From positions 40,293-104,292 of the forward strand of contig CAYGWK010000002.1 in assembly GCA_964353785.1 (NCBI GenBank): 64,000 bases of DNA, given 5' to 3'. Below the pieces are notes generated by a model. The model made no database searches, was not told the DNA's origin, and saw nothing but the letters and a program-made list of their open reading frames with translations. This DNA is from an uncultured Gammaproteobacteria bacterium. Its GTDB lineage: Bacteria > Patescibacteriota > Microgenomatia > CAYGWK01. The position numbers and the translations under genes are program-made. Shown here in pieces: positions 1 through 9,195 of this stretch. Numbering within the stretch: position 1 is the first letter of the stretch; each line of letters begins with the position of its first letter.

Positions 1-7
1 GGAAGAT

Positions 8-475
8 TTATTCAATCTCAAGAACAGTGTAGATTAACTTTCCAACCGGAGCTTCAACTTCAACCTTATCCCCAACCTTTTTACCCAAAAGAGCCCGACC
101 AAGGGGTGATTCGTGAGAAATTTTTTGACTGGATGGATCTGCTTCCCACTCACCCACCAAATGAAAAATCCCTTTTCTGCCGTGAACTTCAACCGTGACT
201 CTGCATCCCAAACCTACCTGCTTGTGACCTCCTCTGTCTTCACTAATCAACTCTGCTTTTCCTAAAACCTGTTCAAGTTCAGAAATTCGGCCATCAATAT
301 AAGATAAGTCTTGTTTTGCCTGGGTATAATCGCTGTTTTCCACTAGTTCTCCGACGACCCTGGTTGCTTGAAGTCTTTCAACCGCTGTCGGTCGCTTGAC
401 GCCAGTTAGCGCCTCATGTTCTTTTTTGAGGTTTTCTAAACCCTCACGGGTTAAATATACTTTATCTTCATCCAT
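8..475 (-). CDS. greA: Transcription elongation factor GreA
   Basis: MDEDKVYLTREG..ENSDY..ISHESPLGRALLGK GreA motifs; start moved to ATG at 475. Confidence 0.93.
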   Translation of the reverse strand: MDEDKVYLTREGLENLKKEHEALTGVKRPTAVERLQATRVVGELVENSDYTQAKQDLSYIDGRISELEQVLGKAELISEDRGGHKQVGLGCRVTVEVHGRKGIFHLVGEWEADPSSQKISHESPLGRALLGKKVGDKVEVEAPVGKLIYTVLEIE

Positions 476-544
476 ATGACCCTTAAACAAAAAATCACCT
501 TTTGGGTGTGTTTTTGGGCAAGAGAGGTTTTTCTCTATTTCGGC

Positions 545-573
545 ATCATACAACGAGAAGAAAATTTTGTCAA
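545..573 (-). promoter_or_regulatory. Sigma70 promoter of greA
   Basis: TTGACA-17nt-TATGAT on minus strand. Confidence 0.7.
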
Positions 574-662
574 GTCCCAAGGTAAAGAGAGTGAACTACC
601 GTTTCGTTGTTTCAAACCCTGGAAGAATTGGGACTATGTTCTCAATAGTATAATACAAACAT

Positions 663-1916
663 ATGAAACGTCCGGCTCTATTAACCCTTTTTTGCGTAAC
701 TGTTTTAGTTATTGTTTCCACTCTCCAGTTAAATTATGCCCTCAGAACCCATCTTTATTTTTCTCAGGATGATTTTATGTCAATTGCTTGTTTCTCTAAC
801 AATAGTTACCTAAGTGTTCTTTCCCAATTTATTAGGTCAGGAGATCTTATAGTTCCGAAAAGAATGATTGGTAACCTTTTGGGCTATTTGAACTTTAAAA
901 TTTTACTAGACTTATTTTCTGTCAACCCGCTGCCCTTTATCATCAATGATCACCTTTTCCACTTGGCCAATATTTTACTTATCTTTTATCTGTCATTTAA
1001 ATCAACGAAAAATAGGTGGGCTTCGTTACTGATAGCGATAATTTTTAATAAGTATTATTTGTTTTATTTTTCTAATATGCATGAATACTTGGTAACCTTT
1101 TTTTCCTTACTTACTTTTATACTATTTATAAATTTACCACGTCGTTTATATCTGTCTTTAATAACCTTTATTTTAGCCCTCCTTTCAAAACAATATGCCC
1201 TTGTTGTCCCCCTATTTCTCTTATATTACTCATTTTATTTTCGTAAAAAACTCTTAAAAAACAATTTCCCTTTTCTTATCGTGGCGCTAGTCTACTTATT
1301 ATTTCAACTGGTTTTTTATTTAAAAACCGTCCATGTTTGGGTCAACCCTACCTACGAAACAAGATTCAATTTGGCTTTAATTTTCAAAAATTTAAATTTT
1401 TATATTAGCCCCTTATTCTTATTAATATTATCCTTATTCCCTATATTTTCTCGAAAATATCACAGTTGGTGGTTGGAGTTAATTTTTATATTAAGTCTAT
1501 TTCCTGTTTTAGTTTTAGCAAACCGGCGTGACTTATATTATTTTTATTATCCGGCAATGTATCTTTTATTGTACGTTGTCGTTAATCTGCCAAAATCTAT
1601 TACGAAGCAATTACCTGTCTTTATTTTAGTCATCTTTCTTTTTGGTGGCCGACAAGCTTTCCCCATCATTGCCCGGCAGGATTACCCAAATTGGGAACTA
1701 GTTTCTATTAATAATTTACTTTTTACTATAAGAGAGGAGCTTAAGTCTAAACCACAAATTGCAACAATTGATACGAAGAAGCTAAATCTTTACCGAGATG
1801 CCCGTTCTGTCTTGGAATATAAAACCTTGCCGATTTTTTTAGGATCTCCCTTAAACCAAGAATATACTTTTAGCTACAATTCCCAAACCTCAACCATTAC
1901 CTGCGTAAAAAAATAG
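663..1916 (+). CDS. Polytopic membrane protein, GT-C/PMT-like glycosyltransferase candidate
   Basis: Many TM segments, early DD motif (SQDDF), ALLSK motif; AT-rich. Confidence 0.6.
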   Translation: MKRPALLTLFCVTVLVIVSTLQLNYALRTHLYFSQDDFMSIACFSNNSYLSVLSQFIRSGDLIVPKRMIGNLLGYLNFKILLDLFSVNPLPFIINDHLFHLANILLIFYLSFKSTKNRWASLLIAIIFNKYYLFYFSNMHEYLVTFFSLLTFILFINLPRRLYLSLITFILALLSKQYALVVPLFLLYYSFYFRKKLLKNNFPFLIVALVYLLFQLVFYLKTVHVWVNPTYETRFNLALIFKNLNFYISPLFLLILSLFPIFSRKYHSWWLELIFILSLFPVLVLANRRDLYYFYYPAMYLLLYVVVNLPKSITKQLPVFILVIFLFGGRQAFPIIARQDYPNWELVSINNLLFTIREELKSKPQIATIDTKKLNLYRDARSVLEYKTLPIFLGSPLNQEYTFSYNSQTSTITCVKK

Positions 1917-1923
1917 CCTCGGG

Positions 1924-1996
1924 TGACCCTGCCCGGATTCGAACCGGGGTTTGTAGGATGAGAACCTACTATCCTAAACCGCTAGATGACAGGGCC
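1924..1996 (-). tRNA. tRNA-Glu(CTC), CCA not encoded
   Basis: GGCCCTG..GTAGG-TT-CTC-AT-CCTAC..GGTTCGAATCC..CAGGGTC-A cloverleaf. Confidence 0.95.
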
Positions 1997-2042
1997 GGTT
2001 ACAGGGTGGATTTTACTCTATTTTTCCCTTGAAGACAAGATT

Positions 2043-4448
2043 TTAGGAAGGAAGATAGACTGGAGCAAAACCTTTAAGGCTTTCTCTTTTAGGAAAGATT
2101 TTCTTTTCTTTCTTAAGATAAAGAGCAACCCTCAAGGCTTCCTCAAGGCTTGAGACAAAGACAAATTTAATATCTTTTTTGACTCTGGAAGGAACGTCTT
2201 CCAAATCTTTTTTATTTTCCTTTGGTAAAACTATCACTTTAAGTCCGGCCCGATGAGCGGCAATTACTTTTTCTTTAACTCCGCCAATCTCCAAAACCCG
2301 ACCCCGAAGAGTTATTTCTCCAGTCATCCCTACTTCCCGATGGGTGGGAATTTTTGTTAAGGCGGAAACCAAGGCGGCGGCCATGGCCACTCCGGCCGAG
2401 GGTCCATCTTTTGGAACCGCTCCCTCAGGAACATGAATATGAACATCCAAATTTTTGGCAAAATTTTCTTTAAGACCCAGAGTTTTCCAGTGACTGCGAG
2501 CAAAAGAAAAAGCAGCTTGGGCTGATTCTTTCATTATATCTCCCAAGTGACCAGTCAGAATGAGTTGTCCTTTACCGGGCATTAAAGCCACTTCAATGAA
2601 AAGAACGTCTCCGCCTGCTTCGGTCCAGGCCAGACCAGTCGCCATTCCCACTTCATTTTTCTTTTCCGCCAAAGCTGAAGTGTATTTTTGTGGTCCTAAA
2701 AACTTCCGAGCCTCCAAAATTCCAACTTCTCCTTTAACTTTTTTCCCTTGGGCTTTTTTCTTAGCTACTTTTCGTAAAATCGTTGCCAACATTCTCTCAA
2801 GTTCCCGAACTCCAGCCTCTCTGGTATAGCGACGAATCACCTCGTAAAGTGCCTCATCTTGAATTTTTATTTTTTCAAGCCCGTGAGCCCTAACTTGTTT
2901 TGGCCAAAGAAATTGCCTGCCGATATGAAATTTTTCTTCCTCGGTGTATCCTGGGAAACTGATGACTTCAAACCTGTCCCGAAGCGCTGGCGGAACAGTA
3001 TCTAAAATATTCCCAGTGCAGATAAACATCACCTCTGATAAATCAAAAGGAACCTCAAGATAATGGTCCGAGAATTCTTTATTTTGTTCCGGATCTAAAG
3101 CCTCAAGAAGTGCCGCCGAAGGGTCTCCTCGAAAATCAATGCCAACTTTATCAATTTCATCAAGCATAAAAACTGGGTTTCTGGTTCCGGCGTTTCTCAC
3201 TCCTTGAATTATTCTTCCAGGCAAAGCACCAACATAAGTTCGTCTATGTCCCCGAATTTCTGCCTCATCCCGAATTCCCCCCAAAGAAATCCGAATAAAT
3301 TTTCGTCCTAACGCCCTGGCGATTGATTTTCCAATCGAAGTCTTTCCCACCCCGGGAGGTCCAATAAAACAAAGAATTGAGGGAGTCCCGACCTCTTCTT
3401 TTTTCTGTTTCTTGCTCTTTAATTTCATTACCGCCAAATACTCAACCACCCGCTCTTTCACCTTCTTTAAACCATAGTGGTCTTCCTCCAAAATTTTGGC
3501 GGCTCGGCTAATTCCGGTATTGTTGGGGGTGGCTTTGTTCCAAGGCATCAAGATAACCCAATCAAGCCAATTTTCAATGTAAGGTCGTTCTGGAGACATT
3601 GGCGGCATTTGGGCAAAACGAGAAAGTTCTTTCTCAACTTTTTTTCTTACGTCCGAAGACATTTTAGCCTGGTGGATTTTTTGCCTTAATTCTTTGACCT
3701 GCTCGTCTTCTTCACCAGTTAACTCTCCAAGTTCTTTTTCAATTGTTCTTTTTCTTTCGCGTAAAACCGCCTCTTTCATTTCTTTTTCAAACCGTTCCTG
3801 GGTTTTAGAGGTAATTGACCGTTCAAGTTCTAAAACCCTCAATTCTCGAGTCAAATATTCACCCACCTTTTTAAGTCTGTCTCCAACGACAGCCATTTCC
3901 AAAAGCGCCTGTTTTTCCTTGGCTTTTAAGTCTAGAGTTGAGGTAATTTGGTCAGTCAGCTCGGCCGAAGAAACCCCGGAGGAAAGTCTCATCAAAACCA
4001 TGATGTCAATTGGTTTTCCTAAATTGAAAGCCCGACGATATTCAGAAATCAAATGATTTGAAACTGCTTTGACTTCTTCTGTTTCTTTAATAATTTCTGG
4101 GATTTCTGAAACCTTGACTAAAAGAAAAGGGACATTTTGAACAATTTCTTCAAGCCTAATTCTAGCCAGTCCTCTGGCAATAGCAATAGTTGTTCCATCT
4201 GTCTCCAGGATATTTTCCAAGGAAACTAAGGTTCCAACCGGGTAGAGATCTTCTTTTTCTGGTTCAGCCACTCGGGGGTCTTTTTGGGTAAAAACGGCTA
4301 AAAATCGCTCAGGAGAGCCAGTAAAAGCGGCCTTAACGGCGCTGTTTGAGCGAGGACGACCGAAAGTTAAAGGAAATTCAGTGTAAGGAAAAACGACGCT
4401 GTCTCGTAAAGCCACGGCGGGGATAATTTTTGCTGATTTGTTTACCAT
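2043..4448 (-). CDS. lon: ATP-dependent protease Lon
   Basis: LON N-domain, Walker A GPPGVGKTS, PKDGPSAG catalytic motif. Confidence 0.98.
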   Translation of the reverse strand: MVNKSAKIIPAVALRDSVVFPYTEFPLTFGRPRSNSAVKAAFTGSPERFLAVFTQKDPRVAEPEKEDLYPVGTLVSLENILETDGTTIAIARGLARIRLEEIVQNVPFLLVKVSEIPEIIKETEEVKAVSNHLISEYRRAFNLGKPIDIMVLMRLSSGVSSAELTDQITSTLDLKAKEKQALLEMAVVGDRLKKVGEYLTRELRVLELERSITSKTQERFEKEMKEAVLRERKRTIEKELGELTGEEDEQVKELRQKIHQAKMSSDVRKKVEKELSRFAQMPPMSPERPYIENWLDWVILMPWNKATPNNTGISRAAKILEEDHYGLKKVKERVVEYLAVMKLKSKKQKKEEVGTPSILCFIGPPGVGKTSIGKSIARALGRKFIRISLGGIRDEAEIRGHRRTYVGALPGRIIQGVRNAGTRNPVFMLDEIDKVGIDFRGDPSAALLEALDPEQNKEFSDHYLEVPFDLSEVMFICTGNILDTVPPALRDRFEVISFPGYTEEEKFHIGRQFLWPKQVRAHGLEKIKIQDEALYEVIRRYTREAGVRELERMLATILRKVAKKKAQGKKVKGEVGILEARKFLGPQKYTSALAEKKNEVGMATGLAWTEAGGDVLFIEVALMPGKGQLILTGHLGDIMKESAQAAFSFARSHWKTLGLKENFAKNLDVHIHVPEGAVPKDGPSAGVAMAAALVSALTKIPTHREVGMTGEITLRGRVLEIGGVKEKVIAAHRAGLKVIVLPKENKKDLEDVPSRVKKDIKFVFVSSLEEALRVALYLKKEKKIFPKRESLKGFAPVYLPS

Positions 4449-4458
4449 GTTTTTTAGC

Positions 4459-4487
4459 AGTCTAGCACATTAAGTGCTAAATGTCAA
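4459..4487 (-). promoter_or_regulatory. lon promoter with inverted repeat in spacer
   Basis: TTGACA-17nt-TAGACT; TAGCAC-N5-GTGCTA palindrome at 4463-4479. Confidence 0.7.
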
Positions 4488-4526
4488 GGGGCGAAATGAA
4501 TTGCTTTGCAATTCAAACGCCCCGCA

Positions 4527-4596
4527 CCCGCCGACCAATCTTGGCACGAGGCGTGTACGAATAGTACTGAAAAGCCGAGTGCGAAGATAAGGCGGG
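4527..4596. repeat. Dispersed 70-nt structured repeat, copy 1
   Basis: 39-nt core 37/39 identical to copy at 27610-27678; nested stems. Confidence 0.85.
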
Positions 4597-4603
4597 AAGA
4601 GGG

Positions 4604-5260
4604 TTATTCGTGAATTATAATTCTTGTTCCCGGGTTATCTCCAGTTGACCTAACTGCATTTAGATTATCAACCGAGGGAGTTGTCCAGTAAAAAAGTTTT
4701 TCCGCTACTGGCGTGGGTAAATTAGTACATCCATGACTCATGGTTTGACCAAAGTTATTGTGCCAATAAGTTCCGTGAAGCCCAAAACCATTCTGATAAT
4801 ACATAATATAAGGGACGTTTGGAAGGTAATAATAGGTATGAAGAGCGCGACTTCCCCCAGACATTTTGGCATACTTAAACTTAGACCAGATTCTGTACTC
4901 GCCTGTCGGTGTCCTGGCCCATTTTCCAGTAGAAACCAAGGATTCTAAAAAAAGTCTCTCCCCTTCCCAAGCCCGAAGTTTTTGTTCAGATAAATCAACC
5001 TCAATCCATTTTTCCTCGCCAGTTGCCTCTCCCAGAACTTTTCGTTCGTTTGGGGAAAGTTCCCATCTGGCTGCCAAAGGGGCAGAAATTTCTTTTCCCT
5101 CAAAATAAGCCTGCGTCTCCCCAAACTGGAATCCTCCAGTTCCTTGACAGTGACAACCAGGTTTTTCAAGCAAAAATTTTTGGCTAGACAAAAACAAAAC
5201 CAAAATCGCCAAAAACAAAGCCGAGGAAAGAAGAATTAAGAAAAATCCTTTTTGTTTCAT
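4604..5260 (-). CDS. L,D-transpeptidase (YkuD family)
   Basis: IEVDLSEQ, TPTG, GLHGTYWH..SHGCTN motif; N-terminal TM. Confidence 0.9.
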   Translation of the reverse strand: MKQKGFFLILLSSALFLAILVLFLSSQKFLLEKPGCHCQGTGGFQFGETQAYFEGKEISAPLAARWELSPNERKVLGEATGEEKWIEVDLSEQKLRAWEGERLFLESLVSTGKWARTPTGEYRIWSKFKYAKMSGGSRALHTYYYLPNVPYIMYYQNGFGLHGTYWHNNFGQTMSHGCTNLPTPVAEKLFYWTTPSVDNLNAVRSTGDNPGTRIIIHE

Positions 5261-5311
5261 TCTAAATTAATAATATCACGAACTGGCAAAATATAGTATT
5301 ATTGATATTGT

Positions 5312-5593
5312 ATGGACTCTCAAACCAGCACCTACGAGAAACCATTGTCAACAACTTTTTTAAGACAACTGCTGATTTACTCTGTAAGCTTATTTTTACC
5401 CCCTCTGGGAATTTGGCCTGCTATTAAATATTTGCGTCAACAGGATGAAAAATCAAAAAAGATTGGTTTAGTAGCGCTTTTTTTAACCATAATTTCAATA
5501 GTGATAACAAGTTGGTTAACTATTAGTTTCATAAACTCATTCAACAAAGAACTTGGTAACCAGCTCAATCTTTACCAAGGTATAGAGTACTAA
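5312..5593 (+). CDS. Small two-TM hypothetical membrane protein
   Basis: ORF with two hydrophobic segments (LFLPPLGIW). Confidence 0.65.
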   Translation: MDSQTSTYEKPLSTTFLRQLLIYSVSLFLPPLGIWPAIKYLRQQDEKSKKIGLVALFLTIISIVITSWLTISFINSFNKELGNQLNLYQGIEY

Positions 5594-5620
5594 TATTAGC
5601 CTCGCAAGGGGAAATTGTCT

Positions 5621-6172
5621 TCAGGGCATACACGAGGGCCAAATATAGGTTTGACCAAGAGATAAAATAAAAGCGGCTGTCTGGACAGCCTCCTCAGCAT
5701 TGAAACGCAGGTCTGGGTTGATGTCTTCACCTAATAAATTACGGTACTTAATCCAGGTACTCGACGTGAATTGATAAAGTCCGGCGTAGCTAAGATTTGT
5801 TGCCAAGGGATTGAATCCGGACTCGCAAACAGCAATATATCTTAAGACATTCGGGTCAACGCCATATTGTCCTGCAAATCTTTCGATAAAACCATTTATC
5901 TGCTCAGAGCTAACCGATGATTGAGGAGTTGGGGTTGGCGTTGGTTTGAGGGTGGGCGTCGGCGTGGGTTTAGGCTTGGGCGTAGGAGTTGGAGTATTCG
6001 TTGGTTCTGGAGTTGGAGTTGGCGTCAAAGTTGGAAAAGGGGTCGGAGAAATAATCGCAGATCGCTGAGAAAGAATGTCTCCTTCCGAAAAGATATTTTT
6101 TTCAAAAAGGAAAATTCCCCCGCCTCCGATAAGAAGACCTACAAAAACCGACATAAAAAAAGCTTTCCACAC
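5621..6172 (-). CDS. Membrane-anchored lytic transglycosylase (SLT-like) with Pro/Thr linker
   Basis: [15 protein letters not shown] motifs; PT repeats. Confidence 0.8.
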   Translation of the reverse strand: MWKAFFMSVFVGLLIGGGGIFLFEKNIFSEGDILSQRSAIISPTPFPTLTPTPTPEPTNTPTPTPKPKPTPTPTLKPTPTPTPQSSVSSEQINGFIERFAGQYGVDPNVLRYIAVCESGFNPLATNLSYAGLYQFTSSTWIKYRNLLGEDINPDLRFNAEEAVQTAAFILSLGQTYIWPSCMP

Positions 6173-6266
6173 CTTAACACCATATTAAAGCATTGTTTAG
6201 GAAAATTGAAAAGTGGAAAAAATTGTCTTCAGGCTCAAAATTTGCTAAAATTAATCTGCATTTTAT

Positions 6267-6337
6267 TGGAGAGTCGTCTAACGGTAGGACAGTAGCCTCT
6301 GGAGCTACGAATCTAGGTCCGAATCCTAGCTCTCCAG
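6267..6337 (+). tRNA. tRNA-Gln(CTG), T-loop TCCGAAT, CCA not encoded
   Basis: TGGAGAG..GTAGC-CT-CTG-GA-GCTAC..CTAGG-TCCGAAT-CCTAG-CTCTCCA-G. Confidence 0.93.
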
Positions 6338-6340
6338 CAA

Positions 6341-6409
6341 AATCTAGGTTCGCCTGCCCCGCTGAAGCCGAATGCTAAACTTTTGTGGGGAATCCTAGTC
6401 CCGCAGCAA
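6341..6409 (+). repeat. tRNA-Gln 3' fragment interrupted by a 38-nt REP-like insert
   Basis: AATCTAGGTTCG [6353-6390] AATCCTAGTCCCGCAGCAA. Confidence 0.75.
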
Positions 6410-6976
6410 ATGAAAGATAAGATTCTCAGAAAAATTTCTAAAGTTGATTATCTTCGAGAGATATTATTACGTCACAGAACTGAGTATAAAAAAATACTAG
6501 AGATAATAACCAAGCGCAACCTCACGCATAAAAGGGGTATTGGATTCTGGTCACTTACCAGAATGATTTTCCCAGTTATTGAAACCGTTGCCGATGTTGT
6601 CGAAAAGGAAAAAGAAAAATTTCTTAGTGAGGAACTGGGAGTCCCTTTTGGATTTGTTGTTTGGGAAATGTATCGCAATTCACTGATGCATACTGATGAA
6701 TTAAGGTACATAGTCTATAAAAGGAAAACAATTTTTTGGTCAATTCAATTAGGAAATGAAGATATTGGCCACCTAATTACCAAGCAGACTGATTCAATGT
6801 ATGCTGCAATACATTTGAGTATTCCTAAACTATATAGAGATTTAGAAACATTTTTAATATCAGAAATTTCCAAAAACGACAAGTCGATTATAAATGTTCA
6901 AGTTGGTAGTTACTTTTCGAAAAAAAGTAAAGGAATTCTATTAAAAGAACTCAAAGAAATACATTCAAAATATTAG
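6410..6976 (+). CDS. Hypothetical protein, HEPN-like (Rx4H)
   Basis: Helical protein with YRNSLMH motif; ATG at 6410. Confidence 0.55.
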   Translation: MKDKILRKISKVDYLREILLRHRTEYKKILEIITKRNLTHKRGIGFWSLTRMIFPVIETVADVVEKEKEKFLSEELGVPFGFVVWEMYRNSLMHTDELRYIVYKRKTIFWSIQLGNEDIGHLITKQTDSMYAAIHLSIPKLYRDLETFLISEISKNDKSIINVQVGSYFSKKSKGILLKELKEIHSKY

Positions 6977-6993
6977 CTATGAAGAAAGTTATA

Positions 6994-7027
6994 AGGATTA
7001 ATTGGGTCCTGACCGACACGCCCAGCC
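6994..7027 (+). repeat. Inter-cassette motif copy B (degenerate)
   Basis: AGGATTAATTGGGTCCT-GACCGACACGCCCAGCC. Confidence 0.55.
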
Positions 7028-7070
7028 AAGACGGGCACCCAAGTGTAGCTGAATTCCATCAATCAATTCC

Positions 7071-7709
7071 ATGTCAATAAACGACGCGGTAACAATTCCA
7101 GAAGAGATAAAGATTCAAATGCAAATGCAGGCGTACCTCGACAGAGCGATTGATTATTATATTTTTGCACGCAAGGCAGTTATGCTTGGTGTGTTACCCG
7201 TAGGCGGTAGCTTGTTTCATATAGCGGTGGAGATGGCGCTACACTGCGGATTATCAACTAAGTATTCCCAGACTGAACTTGAGAAAAGATTCTTGCATCA
7301 CGAACTTCCTTATATGTGGTCTGAGTTTAAAACAACTTTTATAAGTACTAAACTTTCTAAGTTTGATAAATTCGTAAATCATCACCGGCAGTGGAAAGAA
7401 TTGAGATATCCGAAGAGTAAATCAAAAGGATCGATAATCTTTTTTGGTCGTACTAAACCTGATCCTGAAGTTATGAAGAGAAATATGGCGAATTTTCCTA
7501 AGAGCAACATTCAAATAGAAATAAACCTTGAAGACATGGATGAGTTTATGACCGCTTTAATTCTAGCAATTGGTATAAACCCTGACCATATTAAACTCCA
7601 CCTTCAACACAACGCTGAGTTGCAGAAACTTTATCTTGACGAGAATGTTCATCCATTGTTTAGCGCCGATACAAAGGTTAGCTCTACTACTCTCTTACAA
7701 AGGCAATGA
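7071..7709 (+). CDS. HEPN-domain-like protein
   Basis: HIAVEMAL..HELPYMW..ELRYP resembles classic HEPN pattern. Confidence 0.55.
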   Translation: MSINDAVTIPEEIKIQMQMQAYLDRAIDYYIFARKAVMLGVLPVGGSLFHIAVEMALHCGLSTKYSQTELEKRFLHHELPYMWSEFKTTFISTKLSKFDKFVNHHRQWKELRYPKSKSKGSIIFFGRTKPDPEVMKRNMANFPKSNIQIEINLEDMDEFMTALILAIGINPDHIKLHLQHNAELQKLYLDENVHPLFSADTKVSSTTLLQRQ

Positions 7710-8311
7710 TGGGAAATAACATGAATAAAAAAATTAAATGTCAAGAATGTAATAGAGAATTCACAAATATGACCACGCATTTAATAAAAGCGCATGGTCT
7801 AAGTAAAAAAGACTATCTTCTGAAATATCCTGGAGCCAAAATAGTTTCAGATACCTTTCGAGAATGGCAGAGAAATAGAATGAAAAAATTATACGAAAGT
7901 GACAATGTTGGTTATAGAAAGATAGCTGGTAGTAGAACATTCGATTTTGTTAAAAATAATAAATTAAGATTATTACTCCAAAGAGACTACCAATCTGCAA
8001 AAAAATGTTTACAAAACGAATTATGGAAACCCGCAATCATTCTTTACGGTTCTCTAATTGAGGCAGTTTTAAGAGAGGCCACAGAGACAGAAGATTTCAA
8101 GTCTGCGCTAGATAAGGCGCTTAAAGAAGAAATAATTTCCGACACGGAATTTCATCAAATACATGTCGTGAAGGACTTTAGAAATTTTGTCCATTTACAT
8201 AAAGAGCTATCAGAAGGAGGGGTAAGGGTAATAAGTGACTATTGGGCAAGAACCCTTTCCGAAATATGCGAGTCGCTTATAAAAAGATTTAGAAAAGTGG
8301 GGAAACTATAA
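7706..8311 (+). CDS. Zn-finger (Ros/MucR-like) plus HEPN-like domain protein
   Basis: CQEC..HLIKAH..Y...YP N-terminus; GSLIEAVL..FRNFVH C-terminus; start may be 7721. Confidence 0.6.
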   Translation: MMGNNMNKKIKCQECNREFTNMTTHLIKAHGLSKKDYLLKYPGAKIVSDTFREWQRNRMKKLYESDNVGYRKIAGSRTFDFVKNNKLRLLLQRDYQSAKKCLQNELWKPAIILYGSLIEAVLREATETEDFKSALDKALKEEIISDTEFHQIHVVKDFRNFVHLHKELSEGGVRVISDYWARTLSEICESLIKRFRKVGKL

Positions 8312-8345
8312 GGATGAAAGGGTCCTAGACCAGCCTGCTCAGCAA
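8311..8345 (+). repeat. Inter-cassette motif copy C
   Basis: AGGATGAAAGGGTCCTAGACCAGCCTGCTCAGCAA. Confidence 0.7.
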
Positions 8346-8420
8346 AATAAAAAATCCTTAAGTATCTACCTATCACACACCGGGCTATGATATAATAAGT
8401 TGCCATAAAAAAATATTTCT

Positions 8421-8996
8421 ATGCCAAACTTAGATGAACTTCTTAAAGAAAGAGCCGAAAGACAAAAAGAGTCAGATGAAAGATGGGAAGAATTAAAAAG
8501 ACAGAGAGTAGAAGAAGAGAGAAAAGATCAAGAATATTTTGATCAACAAGTTGCACCATATGAAGAGGCTTTTAGGGTAGCAGGCCTTTATATTGATTTA
8601 AAGGCCTTGTTTCATCATCTTGACACTCAAGGTGCCCCACCACGGGTTGATGAAGTTATTCACATAAGAGCACATCCGGAAAATGATTATTTTGTTTATT
8701 CCTCGATGCAACCAAAAGATAAAACACTAAGCACTGTTATGTCTGCAATGCTTCGAAGAGAACTCAGAGAATACCATAGAACTATTATCGGTTATGGATT
8801 CAGGATTGACTGGAATTATCATTCTATAGATATCCTATCGGAAATTGATCCTACGAGTGACCAACAGATATTTGTTATAAAAGAATATCAACTCGATGTG
8901 CATCATGACCGCCTCATTCCCAATCGGCCATTGCGATCCTTCAAGACTCTTGAGCCAGATGCAATTCGACAAAAACTTTTAAATATTATTACTTAA
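8421..8996 (+). CDS. Hypothetical protein, coiled-coil N-terminus
   Basis: 191-aa ORF; TGATATAAT upstream. Confidence 0.65.
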   Translation: MPNLDELLKERAERQKESDERWEELKRQRVEEERKDQEYFDQQVAPYEEAFRVAGLYIDLKALFHHLDTQGAPPRVDEVIHIRAHPENDYFVYSSMQPKDKTLSTVMSAMLRRELREYHRTIIGYGFRIDWNYHSIDILSEIDPTSDQQIFVIKEYQLDVHHDRLIPNRPLRSFKTLEPDAIRQKLLNIIT

Positions 8997-9005
8997 ATAC
9001 ACCAG

Positions 9006-9036
9006 TGACTATTCTAGTCTAGGCCAGTCTGCTCGG
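9006..9036 (+). repeat. Inter-cassette motif copy D
   Basis: TGACTATTCTAGTCTAGGCCAGTCTGCTCGG. Confidence 0.65.
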
Positions 9037-9195
9037 GGAATTTTTATTCCAATATTCTTAAGAATTTGAGAATAGCGAAAAAGATTACCACAATTTGAGG
9101 CAGTTTTGAAGTGTTGACAAACTACCATCGCGCGTTGATACTTTTAATTTATAGTGTTATATTTTAATCATATGAAGAAAGGGAGGTGGAAAAAA

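Noticed and set aside
663-1916. AT-rich gene next to tRNA-Glu 3' end as an integrated element
   Set aside because: No duplicated tRNA end or mobility gene seen
4497-4515. Perfect palindrome TGAATTGC-TTT-GCAATTCA (weaker relative near 42062)
   Set aside because: Too short and isolated to assign; may be a terminator or REP remnant
4527-4596. Structured repeat as hammerhead ribozyme or CIRCE
   Set aside because: No CUGANGA/GAAA core geometry; only one CIRCE half-site, in copy 2
5925-6045. Pro/Thr repeats here and near 20920-21090 and 29925-29975
   Set aside because: Protein-level linkers with codon periodicity, common in CPR surface proteins
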